Below are positions 10,280-17,417 of a DNA stretch of 39,690 nt, one piece after another. This stretch comes from a virus, in IMG/VR virus record IMGVR_UViG_3300045988_167796, positions 132,032 to 171,721 of that record, one strand, 5' to 3'. The stretch's first letter is position 1. Each line of letters begins with the position of its first letter. The notes beneath the pieces were generated by a model, which ran no database searches, had not been told where the DNA came from, and was given only the letters and a program-made list of their open reading frames with translations. A program made the position numbers and the translations under genes.

Positions 10280-10352
10280 CTGATCCTGTTGGACTCGAAC
10301 CAACGACACTGCGGTTAACAGCCGCATGCTCTACCGACTGAGCTAAGGACCA
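10280..10352 (-). tRNA. tRNA-Asn (anticodon GUU)
   Basis: Manual cloverleaf: acceptor TGGTCCT/AGGATCA (one GU), D GCTC/GAGC, anticodon loop CUGUUAA, T-arm GTTGG-TTCGAGT-CCAAC. Confidence 0.75.
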
Positions 10353-10380
10353 AGAAAAATAGGAGAGCAGAATGCTCTCC
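10353..10380 (-). terminator. rho-independent terminator upstream (5') of tRNA pair
   Basis: GGAGAGCA-gaa-TGCTCTCC hairpin followed by UAUUUUUCU on minus strand. Confidence 0.55.
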
Positions 10381-10439
10381 TGAAATGTATAATATAAGCA
10401 GCTGCGCCACTCATACTATTTAATTTAATTATTGAAAGT

Positions 10440-10740
10440 ATTAACAAATTATGATATTATTCTACATGAGGTGGAGACACTCAAAAGGCGTCAGGAAAAT
10501 GTATGCGCATTTTCCAAGTGGAACCGGGTTGAACGCTGCCCATTGGTCGCCGTTTTACGGTTAGGCGTGAGTCCATACTACTTTCGTTTTGCTCGCAAGA
10601 GTCGGATGGGATGTTAAATGTATGAATGTTATTGAACTTAGTACTTTACTTTGTGATTTAATATTAGTGGGATTTGTAATATATGACCACTGCAAGCGTC
10701 GGTAGCTAGTAAACCCGGTGAGGGTAAGCTATATCATGTA
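10440..10740. ncRNA. candidate structured noncoding RNA (GC-rich island next to tRNAs), identity unknown
   Basis: About 50% GC versus about 30% background; multiple strong local hairpins (GGAAAATG..CATTTTCC, GNRA-capped CTC-GCAA-GAG, CCG-TTTTA-CGG); no SD-preceded ORF. Confidence 0.2.
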
Positions 10741-10777
10741 AATCAAGTATCTATATATTATATTAATACTAATAATA

Positions 10778-11977
10778 CTAATTTAATTTAAAACTATATT
10801 CGCAAACTCTTCCCTGTCCCTGTTCAAAAACAAATAAAGAAGCTCCTGAGTTTGCCGTTTTATTTAATGTCATACTATATGGATTTACTCCAATAATACT
10901 TCTTACAGAAATGACTTCACTATCAATACCTACATCCGATACATTTAAACTATGCCAATGACCGGAAATCAAATAATCAATAGGAGTCATATATGTACGA
11001 GAAAATTCATTAATAGCTTTTCCTAAATCTTTTGTTTCAAAATGTCCACCTAGAACTGTATATGTAGCTATTTGTGCATAATCCAAACCAGTTGGATTTT
11101 CTATAATCAAAACATTTGGATTATTTTTTAATCGTTCTTTTATAAGTGTAAGCATTGATTTACTCATATCTTCATCTGGAAAAGCATTCTTTGGTTGACC
11201 AACAATTCTTAATTGATTATGATTAGATCTTTTTACCATTTGGAATTTAATTCTTACATAATGACTTAATTCGTTTAACCATTCTGATAAAAAATTTGCA
11301 TATAGTATACCTGAATCAATAATTCCATATCTTAATTGCATTAATTGTGAATTTGCCCTTAATATACCGTCAAGAGCATCACCTAATTCAAATATGTGTA
11401 ATTCATGTATATCTTCTTGTTTAATTATTTCTATAACTTTCCCAAGTAAATACCACATTCTACGTTCAAATATTTCTGGACTATATGCATTAATAGTTCT
11501 TCCATACAAATCTTTAATATCAAATTCAATGCCATAATGCGCATCAGAAATTGTTAATAAATATTCTCTTTTTTGATGTTGTGGAATGATAATATCTGGG
11601 ATTTGTAATGGATCTAAATGCTTAATTGCGTCAACAATATGTTCTGTAATTAATTCATCTCTAGCTAATTCACGTACCCATTTTCTATATTCCTGTTTCT
11701 CTGTTTGAAGTTTAATTCTTTCTTTCTGTATTTTAATATCTTCCGAATATTCTCCAAAATCAATAGAAGAGGGCGGTGTAATATTCCATCCCTCTTCTAA
11801 ATATTCCAAAAGTATTTTTGCTCCTTTTCTTACAGTATCTCTATGTTCATATTTTCCATAATAATCTGTTCGAAAATCGGCAATATCCTGCCATTCAATT
11901 GACGGATCATTTTTCTTTCTTTTTAGCAGATTAACTTGTTCTTTAAGAAATTCAGATTTTTCCATATTGGACACCAT
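10778..11977 (-). CDS. calcineurin-like metallophosphoesterase, 399 aa
   Basis: Motifs D-x-H (ISDAHYG), GDxxDG (GDALDG), SNHN, GHWH in canonical order. Confidence 0.7.
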   Translation of the reverse strand: MVSNMEKSEFLKEQVNLLKRKKNDPSIEWQDIADFRTDYYGKYEHRDTVRKGAKILLEYLEEGWNITPPSSIDFGEYSEDIKIQKERIKLQTEKQEYRKWVRELARDELITEHIVDAIKHLDPLQIPDIIIPQHQKREYLLTISDAHYGIEFDIKDLYGRTINAYSPEIFERRMWYLLGKVIEIIKQEDIHELHIFELGDALDGILRANSQLMQLRYGIIDSGILYANFLSEWLNELSHYVRIKFQMVKRSNHNQLRIVGQPKNAFPDEDMSKSMLTLIKERLKNNPNVLIIENPTGLDYAQIATYTVLGGHFETKDLGKAINEFSRTYMTPIDYLISGHWHSLNVSDVGIDSEVISVRSIIGVNPYSMTLNKTANSGASLFVFEQGQGRVCEYSFKLN

Positions 11978-11978
11978 T

Positions 11979-12173
11979 TTAATCCATTTCGTCTAAGTTG
12001 ATAATTTCTTCTGTCTTTGTAGTAGTAGACAGATCAAAAGGTCTTTCTCCGTATGCTTTTGTTAAAATATCCATAATATCAACAATTTCGCCTTCTGAAT
12101 CAACAAGTTGTCCTTCAACGATATGCAATCCCTTTATTTTTCCATCGTATTTTATAGTTTTCTTTAATTCCAT
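11979..12173 (-). CDS. hypothetical protein, 64 aa
   Basis: Tightly packed between ClpP-like and phosphoesterase genes on same strand; SD present. Confidence 0.5.
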   Translation of the reverse strand: MELKKTIKYDGKIKGLHIVEGQLVDSEGEIVDIMDILTKAYGERPFDLSTTTKTEEIINLDEMD

Positions 12174-12261
12174 AATTTTCTCCTTATTTTCCCGAAAATA
12201 TCTTGACTATTGAATTGGAAAGTGATAATATGATATATGTAAAAGTATACATAATTTTATA

Positions 12262-12873
12262 TTACAAAATATAATCTAAATCACAATCTTTTCCAATAAT
12301 TTTTTCAATACATCCTCTTTCTTTTGCTTCGTCAGCATACATATAGTATTCCTGATCATAAATTTTATCATAAAATTCTTCAGTCATATTTGTCCTTGAA
12401 AGAACATAAGATTTTGTTCTTTCTTCCATGCTATCAAAAAATCGCATAGTGTCTTTGGCTTTACTTGTGGAATTCGATATATGTATATTTCCATCATGCT
12501 GCAAAAGAATAGAATTATAAAATGCAATTCTTTCATGACAAGCAAGTAAAATATGATATCCCATAGATGCTGCAAGTCCAAAACAAACACCTTTAATCGG
12601 AGTTTTAGAAGCAGTAATAGCATCTACAAAATTAAATCCATCTATACAATTTCCGCCTGGTGAATTAATATAAATAGTAATCGTCTGTCTTTTCTCTACT
12701 GGCAGATCTTGATCTTCTTTATTCCATTTAAGAATGTATAAAATATAATTATCTAAAACACATTCATCAACAGAATCATTAAAAACCAAAATTCTTTTAT
12801 CTAAATTTTCTCTAAGTAATTCAGTATACATATCATCTGTATTACCATTTAATAATGTCATAATATCCGGCAT
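12262..12873 (-). CDS. ClpP-family (S14-like) serine protease, 203 aa
   Basis: INSPGG and GLAASMG(Y) catalytic-Ser motifs with downstream His in ClpP order. Confidence 0.75.
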   Translation of the reverse strand: MPDIMTLLNGNTDDMYTELLRENLDKRILVFNDSVDECVLDNYILYILKWNKEDQDLPVEKRQTITIYINSPGGNCIDGFNFVDAITASKTPIKGVCFGLAASMGYHILLACHERIAFYNSILLQHDGNIHISNSTSKAKDTMRFFDSMEERTKSYVLSRTNMTEEFYDKIYDQEYYMYADEAKERGCIEKIIGKDCDLDYIL

Positions 12874-12905
12874 ATTTAATAAATCTCCTTATTTTCCTTT
12901 TATTT

Positions 12906-14354
12906 TTATAATCGTATAAACATATCCTTTGTTGCTGCGATAACCTTAAATGATTTATCCTCTTTAGAAATTGCATCTTCTAAATCATCTTTTAATGAAT
13001 TTTTAGCAACAACAGATCCATGAACTAAAATCAGTTTTTCTGTATTAATTTTAGATCCATATGTAATTAAATCTTTTCTGTTAGCATGGCTTGAAAAAGT
13101 AGTTAGTGATATGCAGTCTGCATTATTTTCCACTTTATCACCGCTAATTTTAATAATTTTATTATCTTTGTAGTTTTTTATTCTATATGACAAATAAGAA
13201 TTATCCGCTCCTGTATATCCAGTAAAAATAACCATGCTATTTTCATCAGATAGATATTCATGCAGATAACTTAAAACTCTACCATTTGTGCAAAATCCAG
13301 AGCTGCTTAATACTATTTTAGGTTCATGAGACTTTACACACATAAGAGATTCTTCTTTATCCCTAATAAACTTGACGTTTTTCCATTCTGTTACATTTTT
13401 CCATAATAATAAATCATCGTCATTAAGAATCTGTTCATATAAATCACATATATCACAAGATAATATTGAATCAACAATAACATCATATTTAAAATCTGTA
13501 TTGTTATATATTTCATATAAACTTGTAAGCAACTCTTGTGTCCGGCTAAAACTAAAACAAGGCAATATAACAGTACCGTTTCTTTCAATAACAGTATTAA
13601 TTGCAGTTTTTAAATGCTCTAAATCAAACTTTCTTGTTTTTTTATTTTGCCTTGAAGGTTCACCGTATGTTGATTCCATAATTGTGATTTTATTAAAAGA
13701 TTCAGGAATTTCAGTATCAATAAGATAATGATTATCTGTATTTAACGATCCCATATCAGAAGTATATAGAATAGAATTAGAAATACAATTTTGATTTTTT
13801 AGAATTAAACGTAATTGTCTTGCTCCAACACAATGGCTATTATTAAACCATTCAAATGAAACAACTTCATCAAGATTATATATCGTATGTAACCCATCAA
13901 AAATATAAATATACTTCAATGTATTTAAAACATCTTCTTCGGAATAAATAGGAATATAATCTCTTTTATACTTATGCGACAATATATATGCTTCACTGTT
14001 TAAAATATAAGCAGAATTTAAAAGTAAAGGTTTCATCATTAAAGCAGTGGCAGAAGATGTAATGATCTGACCATGAAACCCTTCTTTAACAAGCCTTGGT
14101 AACAAACCTATGTGATCAACATGACAATGCCCAACAAACACATAATCAATATCACATGGCTTAAATTTGAATTTTTGAGAATTTATATTATAAGATTCTA
14201 AATAATTGTTATTCTGATAAAGCCCGCACTCTAATAGTATTTGTTTACCGTTATATTTTATATAAGTACAGCTACCAGTAACATCATTTGCATTTTGACC
14301 TACAAAATAAATTCCATCATTTTTAAAAATTTTCTTTGCTATTTTAGACACCAA
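12906..14354 (-). CDS. metallo-beta-lactamase fold beta-CASP nuclease (RNase J/CPSF73-like), 482 aa
   Basis: VTGS and HCHVDH (HxHxDH) N-terminal motifs; C-terminal SSHA and VHG (His at motif C, RNA-type). Confidence 0.75.
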   Translation of the reverse strand: MVSKIAKKIFKNDGIYFVGQNANDVTGSCTYIKYNGKQILLECGLYQNNNYLESYNINSQKFKFKPCDIDYVFVGHCHVDHIGLLPRLVKEGFHGQIITSSATALMMKPLLLNSAYILNSEAYILSHKYKRDYIPIYSEEDVLNTLKYIYIFDGLHTIYNLDEVVSFEWFNNSHCVGARQLRLILKNQNCISNSILYTSDMGSLNTDNHYLIDTEIPESFNKITIMESTYGEPSRQNKKTRKFDLEHLKTAINTVIERNGTVILPCFSFSRTQELLTSLYEIYNNTDFKYDVIVDSILSCDICDLYEQILNDDDLLLWKNVTEWKNVKFIRDKEESLMCVKSHEPKIVLSSSGFCTNGRVLSYLHEYLSDENSMVIFTGYTGADNSYLSYRIKNYKDNKIIKISGDKVENNADCISLTTFSSHANRKDLITYGSKINTEKLILVHGSVVAKNSLKDDLEDAISKEDKSFKVIAATKDMFIRL

Positions 14355-14391
14355 CTTTCATAATATTTTATCCTTTTAAATCCATAAAATA

Positions 14392-14568
14392 TTAATCAGT
14401 CTGATGTACTGATTCTCTATATTCTTTTAACAAATTCATGCTTTTTGCACTTGTTGTTAAATAATATTTTTTTGCTTTTCCTTTATGAGTTTTACTTGAA
14501 ATGTGAACATCAAATCCTCTGTTATGTTCACGAATATACTCAGCTTCTTTTTGATTAATTTGAATCAA
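14392..14568 (-). CDS. possible small protein (58 aa, TTG start)
   Basis: TTG 7 nt after AGGAT; Lys-rich; fills gap between MBL nuclease gene and tRNA-Tyr; weak. Confidence 0.2.
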   Translation of the reverse strand: MIQINQKEAEYIREHNRGFDVHISSKTHKGKAKKYYLTTSAKSMNLLKEYRESVHQTD

Positions 14569-14615
14569 TAAAATATCCTCATTTCATAATATATTTCTCC
14601 TGAATGGGAGAGTAG

Positions 14616-14697
14616 TTGGCCAGGTTGGACTCGAACCAACGATGTTTCTTTGTGGGGCATTTACAGTGCCTTGCCTTCGCCACTGGGCCACTGACCA
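14616..14697 (-). tRNA. tRNA-Tyr-like (anticodon GUA), 82 nt, atypical unstructured 14-nt variable region
   Basis: Acceptor TGGTCAG/CTGGCCA (one GU), D-stem GCC/GGC, anticodon loop CUGUAAA, canonical T-arm GTTGG-TTCGAGT-CCAAC; variable region CACAAAGAAACATC lacks a stem. Confidence 0.55.
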
Positions 14698-14708
14698 ATA
14701 TGATATCA

Positions 14709-15287
14709 TCATGATACATTTTTGTATTGCTTTATATAATCATCATAATACATCCATGTTAAACTTTCTTTTGTTTCAGGATGCTTACCAGCTGTTTTTC
14801 TTTTATCTTTTCTGCAGCCCAAATAATCTGATAAAGTTCCTCTATTGCATCCGCACCAGACAGCTGCACATTTAATGCTATCAAATATTATATTATTATT
14901 TAAACATATAACTTTTCTTTTACTGTGATCATTATTTATTAAATTAGTTTTTATTACATGCAACGTATTTTCTCTATATGTTACCCATTCTAAATTTTCA
15001 ACATTATTATTCAATTTATTTCCATCTATATGATTAACAACTGGATAATTATCAATATTATCTATAAATGTTTCTGCTACTGCCTTATGTACTTTAAAAG
15101 TAATTTTGTTATCTCTTGACCCTAAAGAACAAGCAACAAAATAATACCCTTCATGATTTACATTCTTTTTTCTTATTTTTCCTGTTTTTACACCTTTTAT
15201 TTCTCCTGTATTACTTACAAGATATAAATCTCCGTAATCTTTACCTTGGTATATTAATCTTTTCCATATTATTTTATCTTCTACCAT
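14709..15287 (-). CDS. HNH homing endonuclease, 192 aa
   Basis: VNHIDGNKLNNNVENLEWVTYRENT HNH core; free-standing between tRNA genes as typical for phage HEGs. Confidence 0.8.
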   Translation of the reverse strand: MVEDKIIWKRLIYQGKDYGDLYLVSNTGEIKGVKTGKIRKKNVNHEGYYFVACSLGSRDNKITFKVHKAVAETFIDNIDNYPVVNHIDGNKLNNNVENLEWVTYRENTLHVIKTNLINNDHSKRKVICLNNNIIFDSIKCAAVWCGCNRGTLSDYLGCRKDKRKTAGKHPETKESLTWMYYDDYIKQYKNVS

Positions 15288-15305
15288 TTACACCTCTAAT
15301 AATTT

Positions 15306-15392
15306 TATACATAAACGACAGGTGTGGGCTACGACCCCACGAATCATAAAATGATTACTGATTTTCAAGACCAGCGCAATAAACCAACTCTG
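15306..15392 (-). tRNA. tRNA-Ser (anticodon UGA), class II with long variable arm
   Basis: Acceptor GACAGGT/ACCTGTC, anticodon arm CTGGT-CUUGAAA-ATCAG, variable hairpin AATCAT-TTT-ATGATT; T-loop GTCGTAG noncanonical. Confidence 0.7.
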
Positions 15393-15430
15393 CCAACCTG
15401 TCATATTATTATGATACTTCTATAAAATAA

Positions 15431-15513
15431 CGCAGAGCAGTGTATTCGAAACACATACCTTTCGGTACACACTACTTAGCAGGTAGGTTCCATGCCTTAT
15501 GAGTTTACTCTGC
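15431..15513 (-). tRNA. tRNA-Ser (anticodon GCU), class II
   Basis: Acceptor GCAGAGT/GCTCTGC, anticodon loop CUGCUAA, variable TACC-gaaa-GGTA, canonical T-loop TTCGAAT; D-arm poorly paired. Confidence 0.6.
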
Positions 15514-15518
15514 AAAAA

Positions 15519-15590
15519 AGCACTATGTGAGAATTGAACTCACATCTCCGGTTTGGAAGACCAGCGTCATATCCATTAAACCAATAGTAC
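15519..15590 (-). tRNA. tRNA-Gly (anticodon UCC)
   Basis: Acceptor GTACTAT/ATAGTGC, anticodon arm CTGGT-CUUCCAA-ACCGG, T-arm GTGAG-TTCAATT-CTCAC. Confidence 0.7.
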
Positions 15591-15594
15591 ATTT

Positions 15595-15668
15595 TGGGAG
15601 CGGGGATGGGATTCGAACCCATAACTACAACTTATGAGGATGTCGAGCTTCCATTGCTCTACCCCGCT
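15595..15668 (-). tRNA. tRNA with anticodon CAU (elongator Met or Ile-lysidine type), CCA encoded
   Basis: Acceptor AGCGGGG/CCCCGCT with 1-72 paired (not initiator-like), D GAGC/GCTC, anticodon loop CUCAUAA, T-arm ATGGG-TTCGAAT-CCCAT, 3' CCA present in DNA. Confidence 0.7.
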
Positions 15669-15681
15669 ATAATATTAATAA

Positions 15682-15754
15682 TGCAAGTGAAGAGGTTCGA
15701 ACTCTTGACTTACCGGTTAAAAGCCGGTTACTCTACCAACTGAGTTACACTTGC
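15682..15754 (-). tRNA. tRNA-Lys (anticodon UUU)
   Basis: Acceptor GCAAGTG/CACTTGC, D ACTC/GAGT, anticodon arm ACCGG-CUUUUAA-CCGGT, T-arm AAGAG-TTCGAAC-CTCTT. Confidence 0.8.
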
Positions 15755-15837
15755 GTATCTGGTATTATGTTTTTATACATACATACCAGATTCATTTCTA
15801 TTTTCTTTAAGTAGCATATAACTTCTTTTCTCTATAT

Positions 15838-16101
15838 TTAGTTTTTATTTTCAATATGCTGTGAAAACATCTGATGCATACCAGTAGATGCAAGACCAGA
15901 TGCACATCCAGCAACAATAGTAGTCAAATCAATAGTCTGCTTAGATACGCATGCAAGAATTCCACCAAGTACGAACACAATAGTAGGAATCCACTTATTA
16001 TCTACGTCATTAACCCATTTCTTTACAATGTATCCAACAAGCAAACATGCAATAAGTACAACCGGAATATACATTTCCTGAATCATTGCAATGATATCCA
16101 T
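15838..16101 (-). CDS. holin-like small membrane protein, 87 aa
   Basis: Two to three predicted TM helices, charged C-terminus; AAAGAGG SD; no adjacent endolysin in window. Confidence 0.45.
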   Translation of the reverse strand: MDIIAMIQEMYIPVVLIACLLVGYIVKKWVNDVDNKWIPTIVFVLGGILACVSKQTIDLTTIVAGCASGLASTGMHQMFSQHIENKN

Positions 16102-16118
16102 AATTTATACCTCTTTCT

Positions 16119-16150
16119 AAAAATAAAAAGTAGAGGATAGAATCCTCTAC
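16119..16150 (-). terminator. rho-independent terminator after HU gene
   Basis: GTAGAGGAT-aga-ATCCTCTAC perfect hairpin followed by UUUUUAUUUUU on minus strand. Confidence 0.75.
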
Positions 16151-16426
16151 TTAAGCATTAATTGCTTCTTTAATCGGTTTACCGAATTTACACTTTGGAG
16201 CATTCTTTGCTTCAACTTTTACACTTTCACCAGTTCTTGGATTACGTGCTACACGAGCATCTCTTTCCTTTACTTCAAGAGTAACGCCATCCATCAGCTT
16301 AACTTCTTCCTTGCGGCAAAGTGCTGCAAATGTTACATCCTGAATAGTATCAAGAACTTTTCTAACGTCTTTCTGAGTAAAACCTGTCTTTTCTGCAACT
16401 GCTTTTGTTAAATCTACTTTATTCAT
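16151..16426 (-). CDS. hup: HU/IHF-family DNA-binding protein, 91 aa
   Basis: Full-length match to HU fold hallmarks incl. RNPRTGE arm motif and GKF; phage-encoded HU precedent (e.g. SPO1 TF1). Confidence 0.85.
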   Translation of the reverse strand: MNKVDLTKAVAEKTGFTQKDVRKVLDTIQDVTFAALCRKEEVKLMDGVTLEVKERDARVARNPRTGESVKVEAKNAPKCKFGKPIKEAINA

Positions 16427-16884
16427 TGTAATTTCTCCTTTTTATCCATTTATGTTATTTTTTATTTATCATTATTCAATTGTAAGATTTATTTTGTTCC
16501 GGGAATTAGTAAAACTAGAATATGGAGACGGGAATAACACTCCCGACGGATTATTTAAATTCAAGAATAGAAGGAAGTTTTACTGTAGCCGAATATTAAT
16601 ATTGATAATAGAAATTATATAATCTATGTTTGTAATATATTATTTTCTTTAATTAATATGTGTAGAAGGAAGATTATATCTGAGCTATTATCATGTATTA
16701 TAATATTAGATTGGAAATTTAAAAATGTAATACCCTATATCTCATATATCACCTGTACATAAAAGACAGACAAAATACGAGATTATATATATAATCCTTT
16801 ATTAATTACTATTAGAAGGAACATTTATATTAGCCAACTTAATATGATAATCGATTATAAATAATTATGTTTCGTATGTATTTA

Positions 16885-17223
16885 TTAATTGAAAATATTA
16901 TTTGCAATTTCTGCTCCTAAATCATCGAGCAAATCATAAGAAGTGATATAAGAAACAGTTACATTCCCTTCTTTATCTTCATGCTTGACTTCAATTCCTT
17001 TGCATTTAGGATCCAAACATGTCATAATATTTCCACCTGTATATGTCATTGGAGCACCGCAGGCTTTACACCTATGTTTAGACATAAAATCTTCTTGCTG
17101 CTTTTTAAGTTTTACAACATCCTTTGTTTTCTTTGTGACAGGTTCTTTACCCCAGGCAGCTCTTAAAGAAGCTAAATCAGTGTAATGTTCTGTTGTACCC
17201 TTTGACATTCTATATTCTCTCAT
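16885..17223 (-). CDS. zinc-ribbon protein, 112 aa (start moved to ATG 17223 with AAGGAG SD)
   Basis: Two C-x2-C pairs (CKAC..., CLDPKC); track N-terminal extension lacks SD. Confidence 0.55.
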   Translation of the reverse strand: MREYRMSKGTTEHYTDLASLRAAWGKEPVTKKTKDVVKLKKQQEDFMSKHRCKACGAPMTYTGGNIMTCLDPKCKGIEVKHEDKEGNVTVSYITSYDLLDDLGAEIANNIFN

Positions 17224-17417
17224 ATTAGTTATAACTCCTTGTTTATCCAAATATATATTTGTATTTATTATGCTTTTCGCACATTGACTGTGTATAAAGC
17301 CCACAGTCCAGGCTCTTAAATGCGCATTCGTAGGAGAGAAGTACGTCCCCCTAAAAGGCATAATTTCAAAGTATGTAAAATTATCAATTTATCATTATTT
17401 TATCTCATTATTTAACA

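Noticed and set aside
10432-10617. 61-aa plus-strand ORF inside the GC-rich island
   Set aside because: No SD. The translation is Arg/Cys-rich with no sensible features, and the region is better explained as structured noncoding RNA or DNA.
10440-10740. tmRNA (ssrA) hypothesis for the GC-rich island beside the tRNAs
   Set aside because: Neither strand has a tRNA-like T-arm (GGTTCGA/AATCC), a GGGG acceptor start or an ANDENYALAA-type tag reading frame.
12201-12230. Plus-strand TTGACT-17nt-TAATAT promoter-like element pointing antisense into the ClpP-like gene
   Set aside because: Consensus-like hexamers arise easily by chance at 70% AT, and there is no downstream plus-strand gene. An antisense RNA is possible, but the sequence gives no support for one.
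15760-15800. Hairpin TCTGGTAT...ATACCAGA between holin-like gene and tRNA-Lys as a terminator
   Set aside because: On the coding (minus) strand it lacks a U-tract; it may be a processing site rather than a terminator, so it is not annotated.
16885-17361. Longer 158-aa version of the zinc-ribbon ORF (track start 17361)
   Set aside because: The first 46 codons have no SD, whereas the internal ATG at 17223 is preceded by AAGGAG at ideal spacing.
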